NCBI GenBank assembly: GCA_965220745.1 | Contig: CBDCQT010000013.1 | Coordinates: 480,001-544,000 of the forward strand | Source: Alphaproteobacteria bacterium | GTDB lineage: Bacteria; Pseudomonadota; Alphaproteobacteria; UBA828 | Length of the DNA: 64,000 bases | Reading direction: 5' to 3' | Translations under genes and position numbers: made by a program | Notes under the pieces: model-generated | The model's database searches: none | Seen by the model: the letters and a program-made list of their open reading frames with translations, nothing else | What the model was told of the DNA's origin: nothing | Shown: piece by piece, positions 28,649 to 38,515 of the stretch | Layout: each line of letters starts with the position of its first letter | Position numbering within the stretch: position 1 is the stretch's first letter

Positions 28649-29059
28649 ATGATCATGGCAGACAACGAACCGAAGAGGGTCGTTCAGCAGTTCCTGGATG
28701 CGATCAAGGGCGGCGACGGCCAGACCATGATGAGCCTGCTTGCCGAGGACGCGGTGGTGGTCCTGCCGGGCTCGTTCAAGGTCGCGTGGGCGGGCCGCTG
28801 GCAAGGGCGCGAGCCGATCAAGCAGTGCTTCCAGGCGATCGGGGCCCTGCTGGACATCCGCGACCACACGGTGAATCTGATGTTCGGCGAGGGCGAGCAC
28901 GTGATGGTGCTCATCGACGAGACGTCGGCTGCCAAGAACACCGGGCGTCTCCTTCATCAAGAGACGGCCTGGTATTTCCGCATCGTGGACGGCGCCATCG
29001 TGCATTGGCAGGCGTACGAGGACACCGAGCAGATCGCCTGGGTGTGGGACGAGGGCTGA
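28649..29059 (+). CDS. SnoaL/NTF2-like protein
   Basis: VVQQFLDAI..GD..LLAEDA..G..QGRE..IVDG pattern. Confidence 0.85.
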   Translation: MIMADNEPKRVVQQFLDAIKGGDGQTMMSLLAEDAVVVLPGSFKVAWAGRWQGREPIKQCFQAIGALLDIRDHTVNLMFGEGEHVMVLIDETSAAKNTGRLLHQETAWYFRIVDGAIVHWQAYEDTEQIAWVWDEG

Positions 29060-29081
29060 AGACTGCAAGAGGGAGAACCCG

Positions 29082-29426
29082 ATGGATGCTCCGGGCCAGG
29101 TCACGTTGGCCCAGGCGGTGGCGGCCCTCGCCGATGCTCCGGCAGGCGGGCGACCTTACGCCGAGCTGATCAACCGTGGCACGCTTCGGGTCGGCCTCTA
29201 TGCGCCGCGCGGCACCGACCCACAGCAGCCCCACGACCAGGACGAGGTCTACGTAGTCATGAGCGGCCGGGGGACCTTTCGTAACGGGCCGGTGAGCCAT
29301 CCCTTCCAGCCTGGCGATGTGCTGTTCGTGCCCGCCGGTGTGTCGCACGTGTTCGAGGACTTCAGCGACGACCTTTATGTGTGGGTCGTGTTCTACGGCC
29401 CGCACGGCGGCGAGGCCGATAGCTGA
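29082..29426 (+). CDS. Cupin domain protein
   Basis: QQPHDQDEVY, GDVLFVPAGVSH. Confidence 0.88.
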   Translation: MDAPGQVTLAQAVAALADAPAGGRPYAELINRGTLRVGLYAPRGTDPQQPHDQDEVYVVMSGRGTFRNGPVSHPFQPGDVLFVPAGVSHVFEDFSDDLYVWVVFYGPHGGEADS

Positions 29427-29459
29427 GCTTGGTCGGCGGTCGGGCAAGCGGCAGGGGCG

Positions 29460-31742
29460 ATGGCTGACGAGGCGCTGATCCGAACCGAGGCCGCCGCAAG
29501 CGCGGACCCGCGCCCGGCGGGCAGCGCGTTGCGCCAGCGTTTCGTGTCGTGGTTGCAGCGTCCCGATGTGCGGCGCTGGCTCGCCATCGGGCTCGCCTGC
29601 GCCGCGGTGATTTGCGGTGCGATCACCTACGCCACGATGAGCGGCTCGGCGCCGTTCGGCCCCGAGCCCCAGACCATCCTGATTCTCCTCAACATCGACC
29701 TGGTGTTGTTGTTGCTGCTCGGTGCGTTGGTCGCTTCGCAGCTGGTGAAGCTCTGGATGGAGCGCCGCCGCGGGGCAGCCGGCGCGCGCATGCATATCCG
29801 CATGGCGGCGCTGTTCAGCCTCGTGGCTTTGACGCCGACCATCGTCGTCGCCGTGTTCTCGGCGCTCTTTCTCCACTTCGGGATGCAGTCCTGGTTCAGC
29901 GAGAAGGTCTCGACTGCGCTCAACCGCTCTCTGGTCGTCGCGCAGACTTATGTGCAGGAGCAAGGCGACAGCATTCGTATCAGCACCCTGGCTGCGGCCA
30001 TGCAGCTCAACGGTCAGGCCGTTCACCTTGCACGACGCCCTCAGCTCATGCCGCGGCTCCTGAACGATACGGCCAACGCGCTCTCGCTTACCGACGCGGT
30101 TATTCTCCGCCGCAACGGGGATGTCCTGGCCCGCAGCGACCTGGGCCTCGCCGCAGTGATCGATCCCGTACCCGATTGGGCCATGAATGCCGCAGCCGAG
30201 GGGCGCCTCGTGATCCTTCCGGCCGAGGACGACCGCGTGCGTGCGCTGATCAAGCTCGGCGGATTCATCGACAGCTACCTCTATGTGGCACGGTCGCTGC
30301 AACGAGACGTGATCGCTCACACCCGCCAAATCCAGGCCGTGACGAGGGACTACCAGCGCCTCGAGGATGAGCGCTACGGCATCCAAATCACGTTCGTGAT
30401 GATTTTCATCCTGGTCGCTCTTCTTGTCCTGCTCTCAGCGGTGTGGCTCGGGCTCCAATTCGCCAACCGCATCGCCCATCCGATCGGCGGCCTCATCGCG
30501 GCTGCGGACCGGGTTCGCGCCGGCGAGCTTGCTGCGCGTGTCGACGAACCCCCGCAAGACGACGAAATGGGCTCTCTCAGCCGCGCCTTCAATCGGATGA
30601 CCGGTCAAATCCACAGCCAGCAGCAGGAACTGCAAGACGCCAACCTGCAACTGGACGAAAGGCGGCGCTTCACCGAGGCGGTGCTTGCCGGCGTCTCCGC
30701 CGGCGTCATCGGCCTGGATGCAGACGGGCTGATTACGCTGCCCAACCCGTCAGCGCTTGCGTTGCTGGACGCGAGGCAGGACGACCTCTCCGGCCACGCG
30801 TTCCAGGAGGCAGTTCCGGAAATGGCCGACCTGCTGACCCGGGCGCGAACGCTGCCCCAGCCCTTGGTCGAGGATCAGGTCGAATTGGTTCGCGGCGAGC
30901 GCCGCCGCACCTTGCTCGTGCGTATCGTGACCGAACGCGATGGCCAAGAGATCGACGGCTTCGTCGTCACTTTCGACGACATCTCCGCTCTGGTGTCGGC
31001 GCAGCGGCGGGCGGCGTGGGCCGATGTCGCCCAGCGCATCGCCCACGAGATCAAGAATCCTCTGACTCCGATCCAGCTCTCCGCCCAGCGGCTAAAGCGT
31101 CGATATCTCGGCGAGATCAGCACCGAACCGGAAGTGTTCGAGGACTGCACCGACATCATCGTCCGTCAGGTCGGCGACATACGCCAAATGATCGATGCAT
31201 TCTCGTCATTTGCGCGGATGCCGGCACCCATGATCGAACGGGCGGAGCTGACGGGCATCGTCGAGCAAGCAGTCGCCCTGCACCGTCTGGCGAACCCCGA
31301 GATCGCCATCAAGATCGAGCGTCCCGACGACGACGTTCACCTCAACTGCGACGTACACCAGATTGGCCGGGCGCTTACTAACGTGCTGAAGAACGCCGTC
31401 GAAGCGATTGAGAGCCGAGCACCCGACGCCAGCCCACCGGGGCGCATCGTCATTCGCGTGGGTGAAGTCGACCGGCACTGGCGGGTGGAGGTCGAGGACA
31501 ACGGGCCGGGGCTACCCGCCGAGCTGCACGACAGATTGACTGAGCCCTATGTGACCAACCGCGCCGATGGCACGGGCCTCGGCCTCGCCATCGTGCGAAG
31601 GATCATGGAGGATCACGGTGGCCGGTTGATCCTCGAGAACGGGGCCGAAGGCGGAGCCCGTGTCACGCTCGTCTTCGCCGCGATCGGGACAGAGCCCTCC
31701 TTGCCGGCGAGGGGTGAGAGCCAATGGCCCACGATATTCTGA
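29460..31742 (+). CDS. ntrY: Sensor histidine kinase NtrY
   Basis: TMs, HAMP, PAS, AHEIKNPLTPIQLSA, EDNGPG, GTGLGL. Confidence 0.95.
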   Translation: MADEALIRTEAAASADPRPAGSALRQRFVSWLQRPDVRRWLAIGLACAAVICGAITYATMSGSAPFGPEPQTILILLNIDLVLLLLLGALVASQLVKLWMERRRGAAGARMHIRMAALFSLVALTPTIVVAVFSALFLHFGMQSWFSEKVSTALNRSLVVAQTYVQEQGDSIRISTLAAAMQLNGQAVHLARRPQLMPRLLNDTANALSLTDAVILRRNGDVLARSDLGLAAVIDPVPDWAMNAAAEGRLVILPAEDDRVRALIKLGGFIDSYLYVARSLQRDVIAHTRQIQAVTRDYQRLEDERYGIQITFVMIFILVALLVLLSAVWLGLQFANRIAHPIGGLIAAADRVRAGELAARVDEPPQDDEMGSLSRAFNRMTGQIHSQQQELQDANLQLDERRRFTEAVLAGVSAGVIGLDADGLITLPNPSALALLDARQDDLSGHAFQEAVPEMADLLTRARTLPQPLVEDQVELVRGERRRTLLVRIVTERDGQEIDGFVVTFDDISALVSAQRRAAWADVAQRIAHEIKNPLTPIQLSAQRLKRRYLGEISTEPEVFEDCTDIIVRQVGDIRQMIDAFSSFARMPAPMIERAELTGIVEQAVALHRLANPEIAIKIERPDDDVHLNCDVHQIGRALTNVLKNAVEAIESRAPDASPPGRIVIRVGEVDRHWRVEVEDNGPGLPAELHDRLTEPYVTNRADGTGLGLAIVRRIMEDHGGRLILENGAEGGARVTLVFAAIGTEPSLPARGESQWPTIF

Positions 31743-33187
31743 TCGTCGACGACGAACCCTACGTTCGCAAATCCATCGCCGGGATCCTGGAGGACGGCGG
31801 CTATATGCCGCGTGATGCCGCCGATGGCGCCGCCGCAATCGAGGCAATCGATTCCGGACCACTGCCGTCACTCGTCATCCTCGACGTCTGGCTGGAGGGA
31901 AGCGAGCTCGACGGAATGGACGTTCTGGACGGGGTTATGCACCGGCATCCCGAAGTACCCGTCATCATGATCAGCGGACACAGCACCATCGATACTGCCG
32001 TCGCCGCCATCAAGAAGGGGGCTTATGAATTCATCGAGAAGCCGCTCGACAGCGATCGGCTGCTCATTACGGTCGCGCGTGCGCTTGAAGCAGCCGAATT
32101 GAGGCGGGAGGTCGCCGAGCTGAAGTTGCGCGCCGGCGAGACGACGGAGCTGATCGGTTCCTCGCCGGCAATCAAACAAATTCGAACGGTTGCGGAGCGC
32201 GCGGCGCCGACCGACAGACGAGTCTTCATTACCGGCCCTGCCGGGGCTGGAAAGGAGGTGCTCGCGCGCCTGATCCACAGTCGCTCGCGCCGCTCGTCAG
32301 GGCCGTTTGTTGTGGCCAACGCAGCGATGATGAGGCCCGACCGCGTGGAACTGGAGCTGTTCGGCAGCGAGGGAAACGGGGTTGCCGCTGCCGATTCACG
32401 CAAGATTGGCACGTTCGAGCGCGCCCACCGCGGCACGCTCTTCTTCGATGAGATCGCCGACATGCCCCTTGAAACTCAGGGCAAGATTGCGCGTGCCCTG
32501 CAGGCGCACACGTTCGAGCGGGAAGGTGGCTCGCAGCGGATCGAGGTCGATATCCGCGTGATGGCGGCGACGACGCGGGACATGGAGAACGAGATAGAGC
32601 TGGGGCGCTTTCGTGAAGACCTCTACTACCGATTATTGGTCACGCCCATCGAGGTGCCGGCGCTCCGAGACCGCCGGGAGGATATTCCCGAGTTGGCAAA
32701 CTTCTTCATTCGTCAGGCGGCAGACAGTGCCGGGGTGTCACCGCGCGAGATTGGTAGCGACGGGGTCGCAATGCTGCAGTCGTTCGACTGGCCGGGCAAT
32801 GTGCGTCAGCTCCGCAACTTCGTGGAATGGCTACTCATCATGGCACCGATGCCCGCCAACGGGCCGATTGGCGCGGAGATGATCCGGGCAGCCCTCAGGC
32901 CAAGGCCTGGGGCGGCGCAGGCGCTCTCAAGCCAGGGCGACCTGATGGCGCTATCTTTGCGCGACGCCCGACGGCAGTTCGAGCGAAACTATCTACACGC
33001 TCAAATCAAACGATTCGGCGGCAATATCTCGCGCACCGCTCAGTTCGTCGGCATGGAGCGCTCGGCGCTGCATCGCAAGCTGCGTTCGCTGGGAGTGCTG
33101 GACCGAGAGTACGATGCGCACGGGGGAGACGGGAAGGGAGGTGCGGAGACGAGCCCCGCCAGCACCGACAAGCCGAACAGCCCATGA
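31724..33187 (+). CDS. ntrX: Response regulator NtrX
   Basis: REC (LDVWL, ISGH), AAA+ GPAGAGKE, FREDLYYRL, WPGNVRQL, C-terminal HTH GMERSALHRK. Confidence 0.95.
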   Translation: MAHDILIVDDEPYVRKSIAGILEDGGYMPRDAADGAAAIEAIDSGPLPSLVILDVWLEGSELDGMDVLDGVMHRHPEVPVIMISGHSTIDTAVAAIKKGAYEFIEKPLDSDRLLITVARALEAAELRREVAELKLRAGETTELIGSSPAIKQIRTVAERAAPTDRRVFITGPAGAGKEVLARLIHSRSRRSSGPFVVANAAMMRPDRVELELFGSEGNGVAAADSRKIGTFERAHRGTLFFDEIADMPLETQGKIARALQAHTFEREGGSQRIEVDIRVMAATTRDMENEIELGRFREDLYYRLLVTPIEVPALRDRREDIPELANFFIRQAADSAGVSPREIGSDGVAMLQSFDWPGNVRQLRNFVEWLLIMAPMPANGPIGAEMIRAALRPRPGAAQALSSQGDLMALSLRDARRQFERNYLHAQIKRFGGNISRTAQFVGMERSALHRKLRSLGVLDREYDAHGGDGKGGAETSPASTDKPNSP

Positions 33188-34560
33188 AGGTCATCGTCTG
33201 CGGCGCCGGCCAGGTCGGCGCCAACATCGCGCGCCAGCTTGCCAACGAGGCGAACGACGTGACCGTGATCGACAGCGACCGGGCGGTCGTGCAGCGCTTG
33301 TCCGACACGGTGGACGCGCGGGCAATCGTCGGCAACGCATCGCTTCCTGACGTGCTCGAAGAGGCAGATGCCAAGACCGCCGAGATGATCGTCGCCGTGA
33401 CCCACTCGGACGAGGTCAACATGGTGGCCTGCCAGGTTGCCCATTCCCTCTTCGACGTGCCCGAAAAGATCGCGCGAGTGAGGCAACAGAGCTACCTGAA
33501 CCCGGCCTGGGCCGAGCTCTACAGCCGCGACCATATGCCGATCGACCTGATCATCTCGCCCGAGATCGAGGTCGCCCGTGCCATCGAGCGCCGACTCCAG
33601 GTGCCGGGCGCCCTCGACATGCTGCCGTTCGGCGGCGGGCGTTTGCGCGTTATTGCGGTGCGCTGCGAGGAAGGCTGTCCCATCATCAATACACCGCTCC
33701 GCCAGCTCACCGAGCTCTTTCCCGAACTCAACATCATGGTGCTTGCGATCAGCCGGGATTCCCGCCTCATTGTGCCGCGCGGCGACGACCAGATGCTTAT
33801 CGGGGACGAAGTCTATTTCGCGGTCGACGCTGAGCACGTAGCGCGCGGCATGGCCGTCTTCGGGCACGAGGAGCCGGAGGCGCGCCGGGTCGTGATCATT
33901 GGTGGCGGCAACATCGGCTACTTCCTGACGCAGGAGCTGGAGGAGACTCATCCAGGACTGGACGTAAAGATTGTCGAGTTGCTGCCGGAGCGCGCGCGCT
34001 ACCTGGCCGAGCGCCTCACACGGGCCACCATCATCGGCGGCGATGCGCTGGACCCCGAGATTTTCATCGAGATCAATATCGGACTCGCCGAGGCGGTGAT
34101 CGCGGTCTCCAACGACGACGAAGTGAACATCCTGGCGGCGCTGTTGGCGAAGCGCGCCGGCTGCAGAACCGCAATCTCGCTTGTCAACAATTCGAGTTAT
34201 GGGCCGCTGATGGGGAGCCTCGGTGTCGACGTTGCGGTAAGTCCACGCGAGTCGACGGTCTCGACCATCCTGCAGCGCATCCGACGCGGCCGTATTTTGG
34301 CCGTGCATTCGATCCGGGACGGCGCCGCCGAAATCATCGAGGCCGAAGCTCTCGGAACGTCGCCCATCGTCGGCCAACCGCTCATGGAGACCAAGCTGCC
34401 CACCGGCATCATCGTCGGCGCGATCGTGCGCGGCGACGAGGTCATCATTCCGCGCCCGCAAACGGTCGTTCAGGAGCATGACCGGGTCGTGATGCTGGCT
34501 GCGGCGCGCGCGGTAAAGAAGATCGAGCAGATGTTCGCCGTGCGCCTGGAGTTCTTCTGA
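33184..34560 (+). CDS. trkA: Trk potassium uptake NAD-binding subunit
   Basis: MKVIVCGAGQVG, DEVNMVAC, second RCK IGGGNIG; start at ATG 33184. Confidence 0.96.
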   Translation: MKVIVCGAGQVGANIARQLANEANDVTVIDSDRAVVQRLSDTVDARAIVGNASLPDVLEEADAKTAEMIVAVTHSDEVNMVACQVAHSLFDVPEKIARVRQQSYLNPAWAELYSRDHMPIDLIISPEIEVARAIERRLQVPGALDMLPFGGGRLRVIAVRCEEGCPIINTPLRQLTELFPELNIMVLAISRDSRLIVPRGDDQMLIGDEVYFAVDAEHVARGMAVFGHEEPEARRVVIIGGGNIGYFLTQELEETHPGLDVKIVELLPERARYLAERLTRATIIGGDALDPEIFIEINIGLAEAVIAVSNDDEVNILAALLAKRAGCRTAISLVNNSSYGPLMGSLGVDVAVSPRESTVSTILQRIRRGRILAVHSIRDGAAEIIEAEALGTSPIVGQPLMETKLPTGIIVGAIVRGDEVIIPRPQTVVQEHDRVVMLAAARAVKKIEQMFAVRLEFF

Positions 34561-34572
34561 CCGGAGGCCTGC

Positions 34573-35436
34573 ATGTCCCGCATCGCTTACGTGAACGGCC
34601 GCTACATGCGGCACGACCTGGCGCACGTCCATGTCGAGGACCGGGGATATCAGTTCTCGGATGGGGTCTATGAGGTCGCTGCGGTCTTCGGCGGCCGGGT
34701 GATCGACGAGGAGCCGCACCTGGATCGGCTGGAGCGTTCGCTTCACGAGCTGAAGATGGACCTGCCAATCCCGCGCAACGCGCTCAAGCTGGTGACCCGC
34801 GAGGTGCTGCGCCGCAATCGGGTGAAGGACGGCATGGTCTACGTGCAGGTCACGCGCGGCGCGGCGGCGCGGGATCATCCTTTCCCGGAGGACGCTGAGG
34901 GCGCCGTCGTTCTCACCGCGCGTTCGGTTCAATGGCCCGAGACCGCGGAGGCAGATCGCGGTGCGGAGGTCGTCTCGATTCCGGACGGGCGCTGGGGCCG
35001 CTGCGACGTCAAGTCGGTCTCCCTGCTTCCCAACGTGCTGGCCAAGCAGGAGGCGCGCGAGCAGGGTGCCTACGAGGCCTGGTTCATCGACCCGCAAGGT
35101 CGGGTCACTGAGGGATCTTCGACCAACGCCTGGATCGTCGACGCCGCCGGACGCGTGGTGACTCGCGACCTCGAATCGAACATCCTCGGTGGCATCACCC
35201 GCCAGACGGTGCTCCGACTGGCTCGCGAGGCAGGGATCGAGGTCGACGAACGTCCGTTCACGCTGGCCGAGGCGCAGGCCGCGCCCGAGGCCTTCCTCAC
35301 CAGCACCACGTCCTTCGTCCGGGCCATCGTTCGCATCGACGGTCAGCCGGTCGGCACCGGAGAGCCGGGGCCGGTGACCCTGCGGCTGCGCGATCTCTAT
35401 CTCACCTATTGCCGCGGCGGGCTCGCCAACCAGTGA
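34573..35436 (+). CDS. dat: D-amino-acid transaminase (PLP fold IV)
   Basis: EDRGYQFSDGVYE, RCDVKS, EGSSTN, LGGITR. Confidence 0.92.
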   Translation: MSRIAYVNGRYMRHDLAHVHVEDRGYQFSDGVYEVAAVFGGRVIDEEPHLDRLERSLHELKMDLPIPRNALKLVTREVLRRNRVKDGMVYVQVTRGAAARDHPFPEDAEGAVVLTARSVQWPETAEADRGAEVVSIPDGRWGRCDVKSVSLLPNVLAKQEAREQGAYEAWFIDPQGRVTEGSSTNAWIVDAAGRVVTRDLESNILGGITRQTVLRLAREAGIEVDERPFTLAEAQAAPEAFLTSTTSFVRAIVRIDGQPVGTGEPGPVTLRLRDLYLTYCRGGLANQ

Positions 35437-36095
35437 GGCTGACGAGGCCGCGCGCCGTCCTGTTCGACTGGGACAACACGTTGGTCGAGAGCTGGGACAT
35501 CATTCACGAGAGTCTGCGGCATACCTTCCTCGACCTGGGGCGCGATCCCTGGAGCTTCGATCAGACCAAGGCCTGGGTGCGGCGCTCCATGCGGGATTCG
35601 TTCCCCGACCTCTTCGGAGCCGACGCGGTGCGGGCCGAACACTCGTTCTACCGGCATTACCGGGCGCACCACCTGCATCGGCTGACCCCACTCACCGGCG
35701 CCGCGGCCACGCTGGTCGCGCTTCACCGCGATGGTCTGCCTCTCGGGGTGGTCAGCAGCAAGCAGGGCAACCTGGTCCGGGAGGAAGCGGAACATTTGGG
35801 CTGGAGCGGCTATTTCGGGCGCATCGTCGGCGCTGACGATGGGCCGGTGGACAAGCCCGCGCCGGAAGCCGTGACTCTGGCACTCGACAGCTCCGAGATT
35901 ACTCCCGGCCCGGACGTTTGGTATGTCGGCGACACGGGAATTGACGTGACCTGCGCCCGAAATTCGGGCTGCGCCGCAGTGATCGTCAGTGCCGATCCGC
36001 CCCGCGATGGCGACTACCCGCGCGTGCCGGATCATCAGGTCGCCGATCACGCGGGGTTGCATGACTTCTTGCGGGCGCACGGAATCACCATATAG
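35433..36095 (+). CDS. HAD-family phosphatase (Gph-like)
   Basis: FDWDNTL, VSSK, DKPAP, VGDT..D; GTGA overlap with dat. Confidence 0.9.
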   Translation: MRLTRPRAVLFDWDNTLVESWDIIHESLRHTFLDLGRDPWSFDQTKAWVRRSMRDSFPDLFGADAVRAEHSFYRHYRAHHLHRLTPLTGAAATLVALHRDGLPLGVVSSKQGNLVREEAEHLGWSGYFGRIVGADDGPVDKPAPEAVTLALDSSEITPGPDVWYVGDTGIDVTCARNSGCAAVIVSADPPRDGDYPRVPDHQVADHAGLHDFLRAHGITI

Positions 36096-36173
36096 TCAAC
36101 AGTGGCATGCTTGCATGAGCATGCCAGGCGCCCGGCCCCTCGGAGGCGGGGGCAGGCAAGGATAGAGAAACAC

Positions 36174-36434
36174 ATGACTGGCAAGGGATCTCACAGTCTC
36201 CAGGACGTCTTCCTCAATCACGTCCGCAAAGGAAAAATGCCGGTCACGATCTTTCTCGTGAACGGTGTCAAGCTCCAGGGAATTATCACCTGGTTCGACA
36301 ATTTCTGTGTTTTGCTCAAACGCGATGACCATTCGCAGCTTGTCTACAAGCATGCGATTTCCACGGTCATGCCGGTTCAGCCGATCCAGTTGTTCGATCA
36401 GGGAGCCGAGCCGGCAGAGGAGGACGATACGTAA
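36174..36434 (+). CDS. hfq: RNA chaperone Hfq
   Basis: [29 protein letters not shown]. Confidence 0.98.
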   Translation: MTGKGSHSLQDVFLNHVRKGKMPVTIFLVNGVKLQGIITWFDNFCVLLKRDDHSQLVYKHAISTVMPVQPIQLFDQGAEPAEEDDT

Positions 36435-37802
36435 GTGGCGAGCGTCAGCGTCCCGCGCGACGCTAATTCGCCACCGCGCACCTGCGTCCTGCATCCGGCG
36501 CTGGCTCGCCTGCCGGCGGCCGGGAACGCGTGCGAGCGCGCGCGGGAGCCCGAGAGTCGCCTCGCCGAGGCGGTGAGCCTTGCCCACGCCATCGATCTCG
36601 ATGTCGTGGAAGCTGACGTCGTGCCCGTGCAGAAGCCGCGGCCGGCCACCCTGTTCGGCCCCGGGCGCGTGGAGGCGGTGGCGGACGTCGTGGCCGCGCA
36701 CGACTTGGGTCTGGTCGTCGTGGATGGGGCGCTCACCCCGGTCCAGCAGCGCAATCTCGAACGCGCGTGGCACTGCAAGGTCATCGACCGCACCGCGCTC
36801 ATCCTCGAAATCTTCGCGGCGCGGGCCCACACCCGTGAGGGCCGGCTCCAGGTCGAACTCGCCGCCCTTCGCTACCAGCGGAGCCGCCTGGTGCGGTCCT
36901 GGACGCACCTGGAACGCCAGCGCGGCGGCCTTGGCTTCGTGGGCGGGCCGGGCGAAACGCAAATCGAGGCCGACCGGCGCCAGATTCGCGTCCGCATCGA
37001 CCGCCTGGAGCGCGCGCTCGACGGGGTCAAGCGTACACGCGGGCTGCATCGTGCCGCCCGCCAACGCGTCCCCTATCCCGTGATCGCCCTGGTCGGCTAC
37101 ACCAACGCCGGCAAGACCACGCTCTTCAACCGCCTTACCGGGGCCTCGGCGGTCGCGCGCGACCAGCTCTTCGCGACCCTCGATCCGACCATGCGCGGGG
37201 TCGTCCTGCCGTCGGGCCAGCGCGTCATCCTCTCCGACACCGTCGGCTTCGTCTCCGATCTGCCCCACGATCTGGTGGCAGCGTTCCGCGCGACCCTGGA
37301 GGAGGTGGTCGCCGCCGACCTCATCGTGCATGTCCGCGACTGCGCCCATGCGGACAGCGCTGAGCAACGCGCCGACGTGCTCCGGGTGCTGACCGAGCTC
37401 GGACTCGAAGATCGCCTCGATATGGGGGTCCTCGAGGTGCTCAACAAGCTCGACCTGCTCGAGGCGCGCCAGCGCGCCTGCCTCGCGGAGCGGGGAAGGG
37501 AAGGGGGCAACGGCGCCGACGGCCTCTCCGATCACCAGAGCGTCGTCGCGGCATCGGCGCTCACCGGCGAAGGGGTCGACGATCTGATCCGGGCGATCGA
37601 CGCCCGGCTGACGGCAGCGCGACGCATCGTCGAGGTGCGGGTGCCCTATGCCGACGGCGCGACTCTGGCCTGGCTCTATCGCCACGGCGAGGTCCTGGAG
37701 CATGCCGACGACGACGGCGAGGCCCGTCTCAGGGTCGGCCTCACGCCGGCGGACGCCGGCCGGCTGGAGCGACGCCCCGGCATCTCGCTTGCGGCCCGCT
37801 GA
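36435..37802 (+). CDS. hflX: GTPase HflX
   Basis: IDRTALILEIFA, GPGETQIE, GYTNAGKT, DTVGF, NKLD. Confidence 0.96.
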   Translation: MASVSVPRDANSPPRTCVLHPALARLPAAGNACERAREPESRLAEAVSLAHAIDLDVVEADVVPVQKPRPATLFGPGRVEAVADVVAAHDLGLVVVDGALTPVQQRNLERAWHCKVIDRTALILEIFAARAHTREGRLQVELAALRYQRSRLVRSWTHLERQRGGLGFVGGPGETQIEADRRQIRVRIDRLERALDGVKRTRGLHRAARQRVPYPVIALVGYTNAGKTTLFNRLTGASAVARDQLFATLDPTMRGVVLPSGQRVILSDTVGFVSDLPHDLVAAFRATLEEVVAADLIVHVRDCAHADSAEQRADVLRVLTELGLEDRLDMGVLEVLNKLDLLEARQRACLAERGREGGNGADGLSDHQSVVAASALTGEGVDDLIRAIDARLTAARRIVEVRVPYADGATLAWLYRHGEVLEHADDDGEARLRVGLTPADAGRLERRPGISLAAR

Positions 37803-37832
37803 TTTCTCCACGGCCACGCTTGATTCGCTGAT

Positions 37833-37860
37833 AATTTACATAACGTATAATCGAAGTATT
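37833..37860 (-). other. Degenerate dif-like site (XerD-like arm only)
   Basis: Minus strand AATACTTCGAT-TATACG-TTATGTAAATT in an AT-rich patch just after hflX. Confidence 0.3.
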
Positions 37861-38065
37861 ATCTTTTATCTGACTGTATCTTATACGTTTTCCCTCACTC
37901 AACGATCCTCCGGCCAAGCAGAGGGGAATGCGCGAGGATGCTCGGCATCCACGCGTTGCGCGCGTCCGAAAGGGCCTCAGAGACCAACATTTGGTATGGG
38001 ATGAACGAAGAACAATTGGGAAACTGCGGCTCACGTATAGGCCCCCTTGTCGGCCCGGCTTGCTG

Positions 38066-38094
38066 TTGACACCGCCGCGCCGTCTCCCTATTAA
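38066..38094 (+). promoter_or_regulatory. Promoter of groESL (sigma32/sigma70-like)
   Basis: TTGACA-N17-TATTAA with CCCTAT overlapping the -10. Confidence 0.7.
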
Positions 38095-38097
38095 GCC

Positions 38098-38124
38098 TTA
38101 GCACTCGCCACGCGAGAGCGCTAA
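38098..38124. promoter_or_regulatory. CIRCE element (HrcA operator)
   Basis: TTAGCACTC-N9-GAGCGCTAA, one mismatch to TTAGCACTC-N9-GAGTGCTAA. Confidence 0.93.
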
Positions 38125-38182
38125 CAAGCGCTCGCAGCGGAACACTGGCGGAGTTGAACACGGTCACGTCTTGGAGGGCGGC

Positions 38183-38470
38183 ATGAACATCAGGCCTTTG
38201 CACGATCGCGTGCTGGTGCGGCGGATCGAGCAGGATCAGACGACGGCGGGCGGCATCATCATTCCCGACACCGCCCAGGAGAAACCGCAGGAAGGCGAAG
38301 TCGTCGCCGCAGGTCCCGGCGAGCGCGGAGAGGACGGCAGGCTCACCCCCCTCGATGTCAAGGCGGGCGACCGCATCCTGTTCGGCAAGTGGTCGGGCAC
38401 CGAAGTCAAGGTCGACGGCGAGGAGCTGTTGATCATGAAGGAGTCCGACATCATGGGCGTGATCGAGTAG
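38183..38470 (+). CDS. groES: Co-chaperonin GroES
   Basis: [32 protein letters not shown]. Confidence 0.97.
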   Translation: MNIRPLHDRVLVRRIEQDQTTAGGIIIPDTAQEKPQEGEVVAAGPGERGEDGRLTPLDVKAGDRILFGKWSGTEVKVDGEELLIMKESDIMGVIE

Positions 38471-38515
38471 CGCGGCACCCTCCCGCACAAGCATCGAAAT
38501 CTGGAGCGTTCGGCG

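Noticed and set aside
32340-32410. NtrX lacks the GAFTGA sigma54 loop
   Set aside because: Established feature of alphaproteobacterial NtrX, not novel.
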